A stretch of DNA of 64,000 nt from assembly GCA_018780035.1 (NCBI GenBank), contig JADMKE010000014.1, positions 9,271 through 73,270 of the forward strand, read 5' to 3'. The number at the start of each line of letters is the position of its first letter. Position 1 is the first letter of the stretch. The notes under the pieces are model-generated. The model made no database searches, was not told where the DNA came from, and saw only the letters and a program-made list of their open reading frames with translations. This document shows, in pieces, positions 50,792 through 61,070 of this stretch. The stretch comes from Candidatus Sericytochromatia bacterium (GTDB taxonomy: Bacteria; Cyanobacteriota; Sericytochromatia; UBA7694). The translations under genes were made by a program, and so were the position numbers.

Positions 50792-52596
50792 TCGCCCCCA
50801 CCAGCTTAATTATCCTCACTTACAATTGCCTGCGTTATACGCAGGCTTGTTTGTTGAGTATTTCTCAACACAGCCCCCACTGCGAAGTGATTGTCGTGGA
50901 CAATGCCTCTTCTGATGGCACGCCCGCATATCTGGCTGAACAGGCGGGCCTAAAATTGATTCTCAACCCACAAAACAAAGGTTATGCTGCAGGCAATAAC
51001 CAGGGTTTGGCCATCAGCCAGGGCCAATTTTTGCTCTTACTCAATAACGATGTGATTGTCACCCCCCATTGGCTGGAACACATGTTGGCCCATTTTGAAA
51101 AGCATCCCCGTTTGGGAATCATTGGCCCGCGCACCAATTGCATCAGCGGCGCTCAGCAACTGAACCTCGATTATGATCCCTGGGATATTGTCAGTATCAA
51201 CGCGGTGGCAGAACAGCGGGCCCGGCATTTTTCGGGACAACTCAGCAAAACCCAACGTGTAGCTGGCTTTGCCATGCTCCTGCGGCGTGAGGTCTACCAA
51301 ACCATTGGCGGGCTCGATGAACAATTTGGCACCGGTAATTTTGAAGACGACGATTATTGCCAACGGGCCCTGCAGGCCGGTTATGAAATTGGGATCGCCG
51401 AAGATGCCTTTATTCATCACTTTGGCAGCGTCAGTTTTCTCGAAAATGGCATTGACTACAAAGCGCAGATGGAGACCAACCGCCGTTTGTTTTTTTCCAA
51501 ATGGGGCACAAACACGCCCAGCGCCTATTTGCCCAGTTGGCCCGAAGTACAACGCCTCTTGCCCCGCGGTTTTACTGATGTGCTGGATCTCGGCTGCAAA
51601 AGCGGCAAATTTGGCGCGGCCCTCAAACAGCGTGATCCCCATTTTCAACTCACGGGCATTGAGTCCAATCCCGCTCTGGCTGCGGAGGCCCGCCTGATTT
51701 ATGATCAATTGCTGGAATGCCCCTTGGAAAGCGACTGGTCGTTGGCTGACCAGCGCTTTGATGCAGTGGTTTTTAACGGAAGTTTAGAAATCTGCCGCCA
51801 ACCGGGGGATCTGTTAAAAAAGGTACAGTCATATTTAAAATCAGATGGTATTATTATCGTTAATGTCGCTAACGCCTGCTATTGGCCGCTTTTAAAAAAA
51901 TGGCTGGGCGGCAAATGGGACTATCGTGAGGGCGCTTTGCCAGAAAAAGGGCAGCTGCGTTTTTATACTTCACAAGACCTTGTTATAATGTTTGAATCAT
52001 GTGGTCTGATGGTGGAGCGTTGGTATGCCACGCCTGGATATTCCCCCACAGACGGGCTGACTTTGGAAAAAGCTGAAAAAATGTTGCAAGAACTGGGAAT
52101 AAATAATCGATTAAGTGATGAAGCTGGTGTTGCCCGCTGGATTGGGATCGGGGGTCCAAAAAAGACCCAGGCCCCGCGTCAAAAGCGTTATGGCATTCGA
52201 CAGCCGGTTGTCTATTGGGAAAATCCCAGTTCAGATCAACCCATTCTTCTCAACCCCGACATTCCCAGTACAACCACCCTTTTACCTGAGAGCAATATCA
52301 CAATCCACTGTGGACGCCCCGAACAGATCCACCTGAATTCAGGAACCTTTGTGCACCTGGCCCGTCTTTCTGGAAATCCCACCCTCTCTCTGGAGGGTTT
52401 AGAGCGCCTGAAAGCGATGGATCACATCTGGGTAGATTCTGAAGACCTCCAAAAAACCCTGCTTGAGCGAGGGTTTTCCCCTGAACAGACGTCATTTTTG
52501 CCGCTGATTGGCCCTGAATGGTCAACAGAGCAAACAGCAGAACTGCGTCACCAACTCTGGCACCTGTGCGAAAAATTGAAACTACTGAGGAGCTAA
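50788..52596 (+). CDS. fusion protein: GT2 glycosyltransferase plus class-I SAM-dependent methyltransferase plus C-terminal domain of unknown function
   Basis: TTG start. GT2: SLIILTYNC...VIVVDNASSDGT...LLLNNDVIV...DDDYC. Methyltransferase motif I VLDLGCKSGKFG...DAVVFNGSLE. Confidence 0.75.
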   Translation: MIAPTSLIILTYNCLRYTQACLLSISQHSPHCEVIVVDNASSDGTPAYLAEQAGLKLILNPQNKGYAAGNNQGLAISQGQFLLLLNNDVIVTPHWLEHMLAHFEKHPRLGIIGPRTNCISGAQQLNLDYDPWDIVSINAVAEQRARHFSGQLSKTQRVAGFAMLLRREVYQTIGGLDEQFGTGNFEDDDYCQRALQAGYEIGIAEDAFIHHFGSVSFLENGIDYKAQMETNRRLFFSKWGTNTPSAYLPSWPEVQRLLPRGFTDVLDLGCKSGKFGAALKQRDPHFQLTGIESNPALAAEARLIYDQLLECPLESDWSLADQRFDAVVFNGSLEICRQPGDLLKKVQSYLKSDGIIIVNVANACYWPLLKKWLGGKWDYREGALPEKGQLRFYTSQDLVIMFESCGLMVERWYATPGYSPTDGLTLEKAEKMLQELGINNRLSDEAGVARWIGIGGPKKTQAPRQKRYGIRQPVVYWENPSSDQPILLNPDIPSTTTLLPESNITIHCGRPEQIHLNSGTFVHLARLSGNPTLSLEGLERLKAMDHIWVDSEDLQKTLLERGFSPEQTSFLPLIGPEWSTEQTAELRHQLWHLCEKLKLLRS

Positions 52597-52605
52597 CTCG
52601 CAATC

Positions 52606-55566
52606 ATGAAACGTTATCTAGCTTTGGCCTGCGCCGCGTCACTTTTGGTTGTCGGATGTCCGGCACCCCAGCAGGTGGTCCCCCTCGATATCTTCAGGAT
52701 TGAAGGAGATGTCTATCTGCCTCAGGGAGACACGTCTCTGGTGGCCCGCGCCCCCTTTAACCTGCTCGCACCCGTGCAGAGCCTCTTGGATCCGGCAGCA
52801 GAAGCCGCAACAGGTCTGGTCAAAGCCGCAGAAGGCCTTGAGGTGCGTCTGATTCGCATTGACGACAACGGCAAAGCCGTTTCGACAGAACCGCTGGCCA
52901 CCGCCAAAACCGATGCCAACGGGCATTATAAAATTGACATTCCGACGGAACAGATCAGTCTGCCCGCCTCAAATATGGTGGTGGAAGTCGGCGATTATGC
53001 CTCTGGCAAATTTCTGCGCAATTTTGCCACCAGCGACAAACTCGATCTGAGCCCCGTCACCACCGCATCGGTGCAACTCTTGGTGGATCGCAACGAACCC
53101 CTGTTTTCGATTCCCCTCAACGTGATCGCTGAAGCACAGATTTTGGCGAACCAAAGCACTGAGTCGATCAATTACGCCACCACGCCTCTGGCCGCTTCGG
53201 TCAGCAATACCCTCGCCAGTCTCAAGTCAAATACCACCCTGAGCACCCGCATCGACCAATTGATGACCCGCGTGGTCTCCGGCACAGTCATGGCCCCCAG
53301 TGGCCGCGTGGCCAGTGTGCCACCCAAACTGCGTTTGGACAGCTGGTTGGTCCCCTCTGCCGAAGCCCTGAGTGGTCTTCAGGCTGTGGGCGCCAATGTG
53401 CGCGTCAATTTGCACAAAATTGACAACAATGGCAATGTCTTGGGGGCTGCTTTGGCCACCACATTGACCCGTTCCGACGGCAAATACAGCTTTTCGCTGC
53501 CCCAAGAAGCGCTGATCTCCAGCGAGTTTGTGGTCTCCGTGGGCAGCGGCCCAAGCCAAATGCGCGCCATGTTGAGCGGCAGCTCCAGCCTGAATATCTC
53601 TCCGCTCTCCGAATTGGTCAGCCGCCTGATTATCAACAATGGCACCGTGCTCAAACAGAACAAGGTGCCGATCACCGAATTCAGCCCGCCTGAGATCAAT
53701 GCCGTGTTGGACGCCGTTCAGCGCAGCACCGACACCACCAATTTGGGCGGAGCCAGCAATGTCTTTGCGGTCATGTCGGTGATTCAGCCCGTGGCCGAAA
53801 ACAACAGCCAAGTCACCACCACCCTGCGGGCTGTGGCGGGCACCCCCAGCCCCTTAATGACCGGCACCGTTGTTCCCGCTACCGACAAAGACAGCATTTT
53901 GCTGACCGGCACCGTCACCGCTGGCGCAACCGTGACCGTTGAAGGCGGCACCTCTGTGGTTCAGCAAGTGCTGGGCGCAGGTGAGACCAGTTTTTCGATC
54001 AATGTGCCGCTCAAACGCAATTCCACCCACCAATTGCAGGTCAAAGCGACCGTCAATGGTCTGACCAGCTTGCCGACAGTCGTCAATCTGCGGGCAGATA
54101 CCCTCAACCCCCGGATTGATACCAATAAAATTATTGCCCGCAACCCCAGCGGACAGTCGTTTGAGACGATTATCACGGGCTCCAGCGGTGCAATTGAAGA
54201 TTCTGGCCGCTCCACCCTGGTGATTCAGGGCGGAAAAATTGGCAATGCCACCACAATTCAGACCGATGAAAGTGGTGCTTTCTCCGCCAATCTGGCCGCA
54301 GATTCTGGCGATATTCTGAACTTGACTGCGATTGATGAAGCGGGCAACCGCTCAACCGCCACAGTCGTGGTAGGCGGCCCCGGCCCCGTGATCACCCAGA
54401 TTCGCCAAGAATCTCTGATTGGCCGCGACTCCCCCTTTGCCAGCCGCGTTGTCACCATCGAAGGAGCTGGTTTTGATGGCAATCTGGCCAGCAATATTGT
54501 CACCTTTATCAGCCCCTTTGGCCAAAGCAGCACCTCGGTGCCCAGTTCGGTCTCGACGGATCGCCGCAAATTGGTCTCACCGGTTGTCAGTGGCCTGGTT
54601 GGCCGCCTCAGCGATCTGCCGACAGATGTGCGCGTCAAAGTAACTGTGAACAATATCGACAGCAACGATACCCGTACCTTTACACTTTTGCCCTCGATCA
54701 CGGCCATGAGCCAAAGCCAACTCAGCGGCAATGGGCAGTCGGAATTCTTCTATTTTGACAAATCTGCCAATAGCCAGAATATGTTGATGAGCAGCCAGTC
54801 TGCTGGTGAATCCAGCATTCTGCTGATAGATATCAACGGCAATGTGATCAACCGCAATTTGGCAAGCAAAATCACCCATGATTCGATCTTCAGAGACATG
54901 ACCCTCGACAACAGCGGCAACCTGCTTGTGACCAATTTTGACGCCACCTTGGCGGGCAAAGCACGGCAATTGCCAGATATCCGTCCGACTTACCGCATCA
55001 GCAAATACCGCCTGCAAGGCAGTGGGGCTGAGCGCCAGTTGGCCAGCCGTCTGTCTGAATCGGTCGATCTCGGTGCAGAACCCGGTGCAATTGCCTTCAG
55101 TTCTAGCAATAACAAGATCTATGTTGCTCTGCCCAGCAAAGGTCAGGTCTTGAAAATCGATTATACGGGAGAGGTCTTTGGCCGCCCTGAAATTCTGCTG
55201 GAGGGTTTGCCCAAACCGCTCAAAGACCTGGAACTCGATGCCAGTGGCAAATTTATGTATATCACCGTGGGAGACAGCGTCAGCATCTTCCGCCTGACTT
55301 TAAATGCCCTGGGTTCGGTCGATTTGTTTGAAAGCAATTATGTGGCTCCGATGGGCAATGGCAATGGCCGCATGACCTCTGATGGCCTGGGCAATCTCTA
55401 CGTGACGTTGGGTACAGGAATTGACCGGATTGATGAAAAAGCCAAACGGGTCAATTTGGTGCCTGTACTGGAAGGCCGCCAACCCACAGTGGGTCTGGTC
55501 TATGCCAATGGTCAGATCTTTGTCAATCAGCTGAATGTGAAAGACCTTTTCAGACTCAGCCCCTAA
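52606..55566 (+). CDS. giant surface lipoprotein with Ig-like/IPT domains and C-terminal beta-propeller (NHL/YVTN-like)
   Basis: Lipobox LLVVGC. IPT-like RVVTIEGAGFDGNLASNIVTF and Big-like TAIDEAGNRSTATVVVG. The C-terminal region has propeller-blade-type repeats. Confidence 0.75.
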   Translation: MKRYLALACAASLLVVGCPAPQQVVPLDIFRIEGDVYLPQGDTSLVARAPFNLLAPVQSLLDPAAEAATGLVKAAEGLEVRLIRIDDNGKAVSTEPLATAKTDANGHYKIDIPTEQISLPASNMVVEVGDYASGKFLRNFATSDKLDLSPVTTASVQLLVDRNEPLFSIPLNVIAEAQILANQSTESINYATTPLAASVSNTLASLKSNTTLSTRIDQLMTRVVSGTVMAPSGRVASVPPKLRLDSWLVPSAEALSGLQAVGANVRVNLHKIDNNGNVLGAALATTLTRSDGKYSFSLPQEALISSEFVVSVGSGPSQMRAMLSGSSSLNISPLSELVSRLIINNGTVLKQNKVPITEFSPPEINAVLDAVQRSTDTTNLGGASNVFAVMSVIQPVAENNSQVTTTLRAVAGTPSPLMTGTVVPATDKDSILLTGTVTAGATVTVEGGTSVVQQVLGAGETSFSINVPLKRNSTHQLQVKATVNGLTSLPTVVNLRADTLNPRIDTNKIIARNPSGQSFETIITGSSGAIEDSGRSTLVIQGGKIGNATTIQTDESGAFSANLAADSGDILNLTAIDEAGNRSTATVVVGGPGPVITQIRQESLIGRDSPFASRVVTIEGAGFDGNLASNIVTFISPFGQSSTSVPSSVSTDRRKLVSPVVSGLVGRLSDLPTDVRVKVTVNNIDSNDTRTFTLLPSITAMSQSQLSGNGQSEFFYFDKSANSQNMLMSSQSAGESSILLIDINGNVINRNLASKITHDSIFRDMTLDNSGNLLVTNFDATLAGKARQLPDIRPTYRISKYRLQGSGAERQLASRLSESVDLGAEPGAIAFSSSNNKIYVALPSKGQVLKIDYTGEVFGRPEILLEGLPKPLKDLELDASGKFMYITVGDSVSIFRLTLNALGSVDLFESNYVAPMGNGNGRMTSDGLGNLYVTLGTGIDRIDEKAKRVNLVPVLEGRQPTVGLVYANGQIFVNQLNVKDLFRLSP

Positions 55567-55838
55567 ACCCTGATTAAGGATTTAAACGCAAGAAGAGGCG
55601 GAATCTTTTGAGATTCCGCCTTTGAGCTGTGGAAGTAGACCTCATTTTTTGGTCTGAGAATCCCGCTTGGCCTGATGATTCCTGTTCCACACAGGGATCC
55701 CTGTGGTAAAATGGGCATGGATTTTGACATAAACCCCCGAATAGTAACCCTTGAATAGTTGGTACCGGAACAGGTTGAGGTTTTGCAATTGAAGATAAAT
55801 GACCCGAGGGCAAACGCCGGTTTACAGGCTCCTGTTCC

Positions 55839-57635
55839 ATGAAAAAAGTCCTGGTGATTGAGCCGTCTTCCCAGGTCTGCCAAAAAATCGTGGATATCCT
55901 GCATATCAGTGGTTTTGAGACACTCACAGCGGACAACGAGACCACAGGTCTGGCCCTGGCCCAGGAATACATTCCTGATCTGATTATCTACAACCACGCC
56001 ACCGAGCAAATGAATCCCCAAGAGGTCGAAGAGATCTTACAATCGGATATCGACACGGCGGCGATCCCTGTGATCTGTGTGATTTCAGAAGAAATGTACA
56101 CCTTTAAGATGCTCGAGAAAAATTTTGATCCCGAGCGTTTTCTGATCAACCCCTTTCGGCCCGAAGAGCTGATGCTCAAAGTCAATCAACACCTGCCCAT
56201 CAGCACCGCTTACCGCCACATGGCTGTGGCCAGTTCCCCGGTGATTAGCAATGTCAATATCCCCGCCCATTATTACGACAGTATCACCGGCCTGCCCAAC
56301 CATATTTTGTTGCACCAGGTTTTGATCGAAGACGTGCAGACCACACCCACGGAATTTTTGGTCGGTGTGCTGGTGATTGACCTCGACCGCTTCCGCACGA
56401 TCAACGACGCCCTCGGCCACGACAATGGCGATTTGCTGCTCAAAGCGATCAGCCAGCGCTTGATCAATTGCGTCGGGGGCAATGAACGGGTCTTTCACCT
56501 CGGCGAAGACAAATTTGCGGTGCTTCTGCCCGATCTGATTCAGGAACAAGATGCCGCCAAGGTCGCCAACGATATCATCCACGAGATCAAACAGACCATT
56601 CCCTTTCAAGACCACGAACTCCATATCACCGCCAGCATTGGCATCAGCCTCTACCCCACTGACACCACCGAGATCAAAAAGCTGCTGCGCTGCGCGGAAA
56701 CCGCCATGTATCAGGCCAAAGAGCAGGGCCGCAATACCTACGAGTTTTATTCCAGTTTTATCCGCAGCAAAGCTTACGACCGCCTCAATCTCGAAAGCGG
56801 CTTGTACCGCGCACTCAAACACGACGAATTTAAGCTCTATTACCAGCCCAAGGTTGATCTGGCCCAAAACCGCGTGGTCGGTATGGAAGCCCTGATTCGC
56901 TGGCACCACAAAGATTTTGGCTGGGTCTCTCCCACCCAATTTATTCCCCTGGCCGAAGAAACCGACCTGATCCTGACCATTGGTGAATGGGTCCTGCACG
57001 AGGCCTGCCGCCAGAACAAATACTGGATGGACCAAGGCTATCCCGAACTCTGCGTGACGGTCAATGTCTCAGGCCAGCAGTTCAAACGCATGGACATTGT
57101 CAAATTGGTCAATCACGTGCTGGAGCAGACCCAAATGCCACCGGAATGCCTGCAATTGGAATTGACCGAAAGCGTGCTGATGAAAAATATCAGCAATACG
57201 GTCGTGAAACTGGGTGATCTCAAAAAACGGGGCGTCTCGATTGCCGTTGACGATTTTGGCACAGGTTATTCTTCGCTGGCCTATCTCAAACGCTTTCGCC
57301 TGGACACCCTCAAGATCGACCAGTCTTTTGTGCGGGATATCGACAACGACTCCGACGACGCAGCGATTGTCTCGGCGATTATCAATATGGCCCACAGCTT
57401 GGGCATGACCGTGGTGGCCGAAGGGGTCGAAACCCGCAAGCAGCTCGACTTTTTGCGCCTGCACAATTGCGACCAGATTCAGGGCTATTATTTTGCCAAG
57501 CCCCTGCCTGCTGAAGACTTTGCCAAATTGCTCGATCGCGACTATGACGAAAATCTCCAGGCCCGAGACAGCTTGCTCGCGGCCACCGCTGACGAGCCTG
57601 AGGTCTTTCCGCTGACCATGCCTGCTGACGATTGA
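55839..57635 (+). CDS. c-di-GMP phosphodiesterase: pseudo-receiver, degenerate GGDEF, active-looking EAL
   Basis: The receiver lacks the DD pair and the phospho-Asp (LVIEPSS, DLIIYNH). GGDEF reads HLGEDKFAV where GG(D/E)EF is expected. EAL motifs are intact: EALIRW, QLELTESV, DDFGTGYSSL. Confidence 0.85.
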   Translation: MKKVLVIEPSSQVCQKIVDILHISGFETLTADNETTGLALAQEYIPDLIIYNHATEQMNPQEVEEILQSDIDTAAIPVICVISEEMYTFKMLEKNFDPERFLINPFRPEELMLKVNQHLPISTAYRHMAVASSPVISNVNIPAHYYDSITGLPNHILLHQVLIEDVQTTPTEFLVGVLVIDLDRFRTINDALGHDNGDLLLKAISQRLINCVGGNERVFHLGEDKFAVLLPDLIQEQDAAKVANDIIHEIKQTIPFQDHELHITASIGISLYPTDTTEIKKLLRCAETAMYQAKEQGRNTYEFYSSFIRSKAYDRLNLESGLYRALKHDEFKLYYQPKVDLAQNRVVGMEALIRWHHKDFGWVSPTQFIPLAEETDLILTIGEWVLHEACRQNKYWMDQGYPELCVTVNVSGQQFKRMDIVKLVNHVLEQTQMPPECLQLELTESVLMKNISNTVVKLGDLKKRGVSIAVDDFGTGYSSLAYLKRFRLDTLKIDQSFVRDIDNDSDDAAIVSAIINMAHSLGMTVVAEGVETRKQLDFLRLHNCDQIQGYYFAKPLPAEDFAKLLDRDYDENLQARDSLLAATADEPEVFPLTMPADD

Positions 57636-57773
57636 TTGTTTTCCTTTCTTTAAATTTTGATTATTTCTCTAAACTTTTCGGGTTAACTTTCAGACAAGGT
57701 TAAAACCAGGCAGTATTTTGATAGAATTTTACTTGTCTTTTGTTAAAAAAACCCAGCCTCTGTCTGAAATATC

Positions 57774-59312
57774 ATGTATGGAGAAATGCCCATGGGAAAA
57801 GTAAACCGTTTTCTGAGCCTGACGATCTTAATCGGAGTGGTGCTGAACAGCTGCACAAGCCCCGCCCCTTTTAATTCTGCCCTTGAATTTGAAAAATCGC
57901 TCCAACCCCTGAATCAAGCCCTGAGACAGAGTCATATCCGAGCGATTTGGGCCCCCGATGGCCAGAAAGTGGCCTTGATAGCCTCTCGTTGGCTGGCCAG
58001 CGACGAAACGCCCTCGCCCAGTAAAATCCGCCACCATCAGATCACGGTTTATGCAAGCAGTGACGGCACCCCTCTTGCCTCTTGGAGCCTGAGTCTGCCA
58101 GACCTGCGCGAAGATAGCTTCATTCCCGATGAACACCCCTTTCAATTACAGTGGAATGCCAGCGGCACAGAATTTCAGATTTTGAAAGATTTTACAACTC
58201 CTCAGCAAGACGTGCTTGAATTGACGCGCTATCAGGTGCCAGAAAGCCACAGTGGTGGCTATTTAGGTGGCCCGCCCCCACTCAAACGGCAGGTCTTTGT
58301 GCCTGCGGCCCTGAAAAGCTTAAGCACCACAGGGCTGGGACAACCGCGCCTGAGCCCAGATGGTAAAAAAATAGCACTTTATCGCTACCGCGACGAAAGC
58401 AAGCACACAGCCGAGGTGATGGTGCTCAATTTAGATACGGCTGAGAGCCAAACCTGGGGCAATTTGGATTCTGAACAGCCCCTGCAAGCCCCACAATGGG
58501 CAGGGGCATCCGATTCCCTGTTTGGCATGAGTAGCCGGGGCACAAGCGCTGAAATTCAGCGTTTGCAATTTGAAAAGCCAATCAGCTCAGTGTTTCAGGC
58601 CAACCTCTCACAGCCCAATCAACACCCCTTGCGCTTCGCGCTCTCTCCCAATCAAAGCCAAGCTGTGGTTGAATTTCAAAGCAAAACCCAAAACCCCACC
58701 TCCACCTTTGTGGTAGCGGGGCCACTTGGAACCGACAAAGCCATGCCATTCGAATTACCACGCCTGCTGATGCCTGTTGGCAGCATTTGGAATCCCAGCG
58801 GAGAATTGGGTCTCCTCCACTATCAACAGAGCAATTCCAGCCATTTGGAAATGAAGTGGTTAAATCCGCAGACAGGCACACAGCGCCAAGCGTTTGAACC
58901 ACGCCTGATTCAAAATAAATTGAATCCCCTGTTCAACCGGACAGATCGCCAAATTGGCCAGCCACAAGGGATTAGCGTCAATGCGGGATCTGTGCCCCCA
59001 TTTACCATGCCCACTTATTTCCAGAATACCCAGGGTGTTCTGGATGTGTATCAATCGATTGTGCCGCATTATTTCTCTCTGGCTGCATTTTCACCCAGAG
59101 ATAACCGGCTTTTACTGCTGGTGGATGGGGTGAGATTAAACGATGGCCAATACCTGGCCCAGCGCAATCTGATCGAACGTCCCTTTGCCTTTGTGCTGGA
59201 GCCCGACAAACAGCGACTGGTGCCCTTGAAGACGTCAGTGGCAGAATCTTTGGGTTATTCTTATCAAGAAGGGCAGAAATTTGAAGCCCCTGCCGAGATT
59301 TCGTTGAAATAA
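57774..59312 (+). CDS. lipoprotein with TolB/WD40-like beta-propeller
   Basis: Lipobox VLNSC; the likely start is MGKVNRF at 57792. Repeats include SPDGKKIALYRY. Confidence 0.65.
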   Translation: MYGEMPMGKVNRFLSLTILIGVVLNSCTSPAPFNSALEFEKSLQPLNQALRQSHIRAIWAPDGQKVALIASRWLASDETPSPSKIRHHQITVYASSDGTPLASWSLSLPDLREDSFIPDEHPFQLQWNASGTEFQILKDFTTPQQDVLELTRYQVPESHSGGYLGGPPPLKRQVFVPAALKSLSTTGLGQPRLSPDGKKIALYRYRDESKHTAEVMVLNLDTAESQTWGNLDSEQPLQAPQWAGASDSLFGMSSRGTSAEIQRLQFEKPISSVFQANLSQPNQHPLRFALSPNQSQAVVEFQSKTQNPTSTFVVAGPLGTDKAMPFELPRLLMPVGSIWNPSGELGLLHYQQSNSSHLEMKWLNPQTGTQRQAFEPRLIQNKLNPLFNRTDRQIGQPQGISVNAGSVPPFTMPTYFQNTQGVLDVYQSIVPHYFSLAAFSPRDNRLLLLVDGVRLNDGQYLAQRNLIERPFAFVLEPDKQRLVPLKTSVAESLGYSYQEGQKFEAPAEISLK

Positions 59313-59343
59313 GTTAGAAACAGAGAGGCCACGACCTCTGACG

Positions 59344-60294
59344 ATGGTGAGTCGGGTCTCTCTGTTAAAATGGCTCAGTCGTAATGCTTCTGGAGAAGAT
59401 GAAATGTATCGCCTCCCTGACGGATTTTTACTTTCGGCCTTTGGTTCTGCCGCACAGGATTTGCAAGGCCCCTCTGCGCTGATTCAATTGCGCTCGGTCA
59501 GCAAGATCTTTAAAAACCGCGAAGTGTATACCTTGCCCAATTATGTCTTGTTTATTCCCCTGCTCGGGCAAAAGATTTTTTATGCCCAAGCCCAGGCCTA
59601 TCCAGTGGAGGCCGGAGAGGTCCTGTTTATTCGGCCCCAGGCCCCGATCAGCTGCGATCTGGTGCGTTTGGATCAGGGGCAATTTGAAGCCCTGATGTTT
59701 TTTATGGAGCCTGAATTTATTACTCAGATCTTGCAGAAATACCAGATCCACTTAAAACCCACAACAAGTCAGATGCAAGATATTTGCAAGGTGATGGTCA
59801 CGCCCCTGCTGCAAAACTGTATTGAATCGCTCTTGCCGCTCTATGTGCAAAGGCCCAAACATGCAGAGGCCTTGATTCAGGTTAAAATGGAAGAATTGCT
59901 GCTGAGTTTGCTTGAAAGTGAGGACGAGCAGGCCCAGGCCCTGTTTGCGCTTTTGGCGGGAGCTGGCAAATCTGAATTGCAAAGCTATTTGGAGCTGATT
60001 GAACACTGTCTCGCTGAGCCCATGACGGTTGAACAAATGGCACACAAATTGCACCAAAGCCCTTCGCTGTTTAAAAAAGAATTCAAGCGGCATTTTGGCT
60101 TGCCTCCCGCCCAGTACATCTTGGACAAACGCCTGGAGCGGGCTGCACAGATGCTGAGCCTGAGTGAGCAGAGCATGACGGAAGTGGGCTTGGCCAATGG
60201 GTTTGAGAGCACTTCGCACTTTATACAGTGTTTTAAAAAACGCTTTGGCTGTACACCCCGGCAGTACAAAATGTCCAAATTGGCTAGTTTTTGA
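59344..60294 (+). CDS. AraC/XylS-family transcriptional regulator
   Basis: C-terminal dual HTH: MTVEQMAHKLHQSPSLFKKEFKRHFG...LSEQSMTEVGLANGFESTSHFIQCFKKRFGCTPRQY. Confidence 0.85.
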   Translation: MVSRVSLLKWLSRNASGEDEMYRLPDGFLLSAFGSAAQDLQGPSALIQLRSVSKIFKNREVYTLPNYVLFIPLLGQKIFYAQAQAYPVEAGEVLFIRPQAPISCDLVRLDQGQFEALMFFMEPEFITQILQKYQIHLKPTTSQMQDICKVMVTPLLQNCIESLLPLYVQRPKHAEALIQVKMEELLLSLLESEDEQAQALFALLAGAGKSELQSYLELIEHCLAEPMTVEQMAHKLHQSPSLFKKEFKRHFGLPPAQYILDKRLERAAQMLSLSEQSMTEVGLANGFESTSHFIQCFKKRFGCTPRQYKMSKLASF

Positions 60295-60377
60295 ACCAAT
60301 TCTGATAGTGGCGGCTTTGGAGAAGTATTAACCTTAAATTAATACAAACACAAAGTGATTTCCCAAGGAGCCCCCCC

Positions 60378-60665
60378 ATGATACGCCTCTTTTTCGTCTT
60401 GATTGCCCTGAATCTCAGCCTGACAGCCTGTCAGAGCCAAATCCCGCTTGCCACCTCATCACCGGCGCTGCGCAGCTCCGCGTTTTTACCGCCAGAGCCC
60501 GGCACCACGCCCAAACCCAAGCCCTGTGTAAATACCCAGGCGATTCTGCCGCCAGGCTTGAATCCCAAACCGGGCTGTCCTTGTTCAGGAATCAAACCCC
60601 GTGCGTTTATTCCGGTTGAGCCGGGGATGCCTGGGAATCCGTTGAAGCCGAAGCCGGGGTGTTAG
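60378..60665 (+). CDS. small Pro/Cys-rich lipoprotein
   Basis: Lipobox LTAC. PKPxP repeats and four Cys. Confidence 0.5.
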   Translation: MIRLFFVLIALNLSLTACQSQIPLATSSPALRSSAFLPPEPGTTPKPKPCVNTQAILPPGLNPKPGCPCSGIKPRAFIPVEPGMPGNPLKPKPGC

Positions 60666-60844
60666 GGTCGTCGGCATCTCATTGGAGATAAAAACTGGCC
60701 GTTGTTCAGGGCCGGTCGTTCCTGTTGGCGCAAGCACCTGACGTTCGGTGCTTGGCCAACACGTAGTGCCTTCATTCAATTCTGTGAGGATTTGCTGAAT
60801 GGCTGGATAGCGATCATGCAACTGTCAGAAATTTAGAATGAGTG

Positions 60845-60874
60845 CTTGACAAATTTTAAAGTAATCGATTAGAG
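60845..60874 (+). promoter_or_regulatory. sigma-70-like promoter (TTGACA-17-TTAGAG/TAGAGT)
   Basis: TTGACA at 60845..60850 with a 17-18 nt spacer to a -10-like hexamer. Confidence 0.4.
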
Positions 60875-60936
60875 TCAAAAATACGCAGCAAAAAAACGCT
60901 GTTTCAAAAATAAAAAATAACGAAAGGTATAAAACG

Positions 60937-60999
60937 ATGAGCAACAAAATGTCCTTACAACTGCAATTGTGTCTGCTCAGGTTGATGGGTGCTTCATAG
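60937..60999 (+). CDS. 20-codon small ORF (MSNKMSLQLQLCLLRLMGAS) between promoter and terminator
   Basis: An RBS aaagg lies 9 nt upstream of the ATG, and it ends 24 nt before a strong terminator. It could instead be part of an sRNA. Confidence 0.3.
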   Translation: MSNKMSLQLQLCLLRLMGAS

Positions 61000-61022
61000 C
61001 CCAGATCAATCAGTTTTGTACT

Positions 61023-61070
61023 GAGAGAGAACCGGGAAGCGCCCACAAGCCTTCCCGGTTCTCTCTTTTT
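61023..61070 (+). terminator. intrinsic terminator: 15-bp perfect stem (GAGAGAACCGGGAAG / CTTCCCGGTTCTCTC), 11-nt loop, T5; followed by (TG)5
   Basis: I checked the inverted repeat base by base. A U-tract follows only on the plus strand. Confidence 0.8.

Noticed and set aside
56085-57035. 316-aa minus-strand ORF antisense to the GGDEF-EAL gene
   Set aside because: Fully embedded in a gene with clear EAL/GGDEF motifs on the other strand. No motifs of its own.
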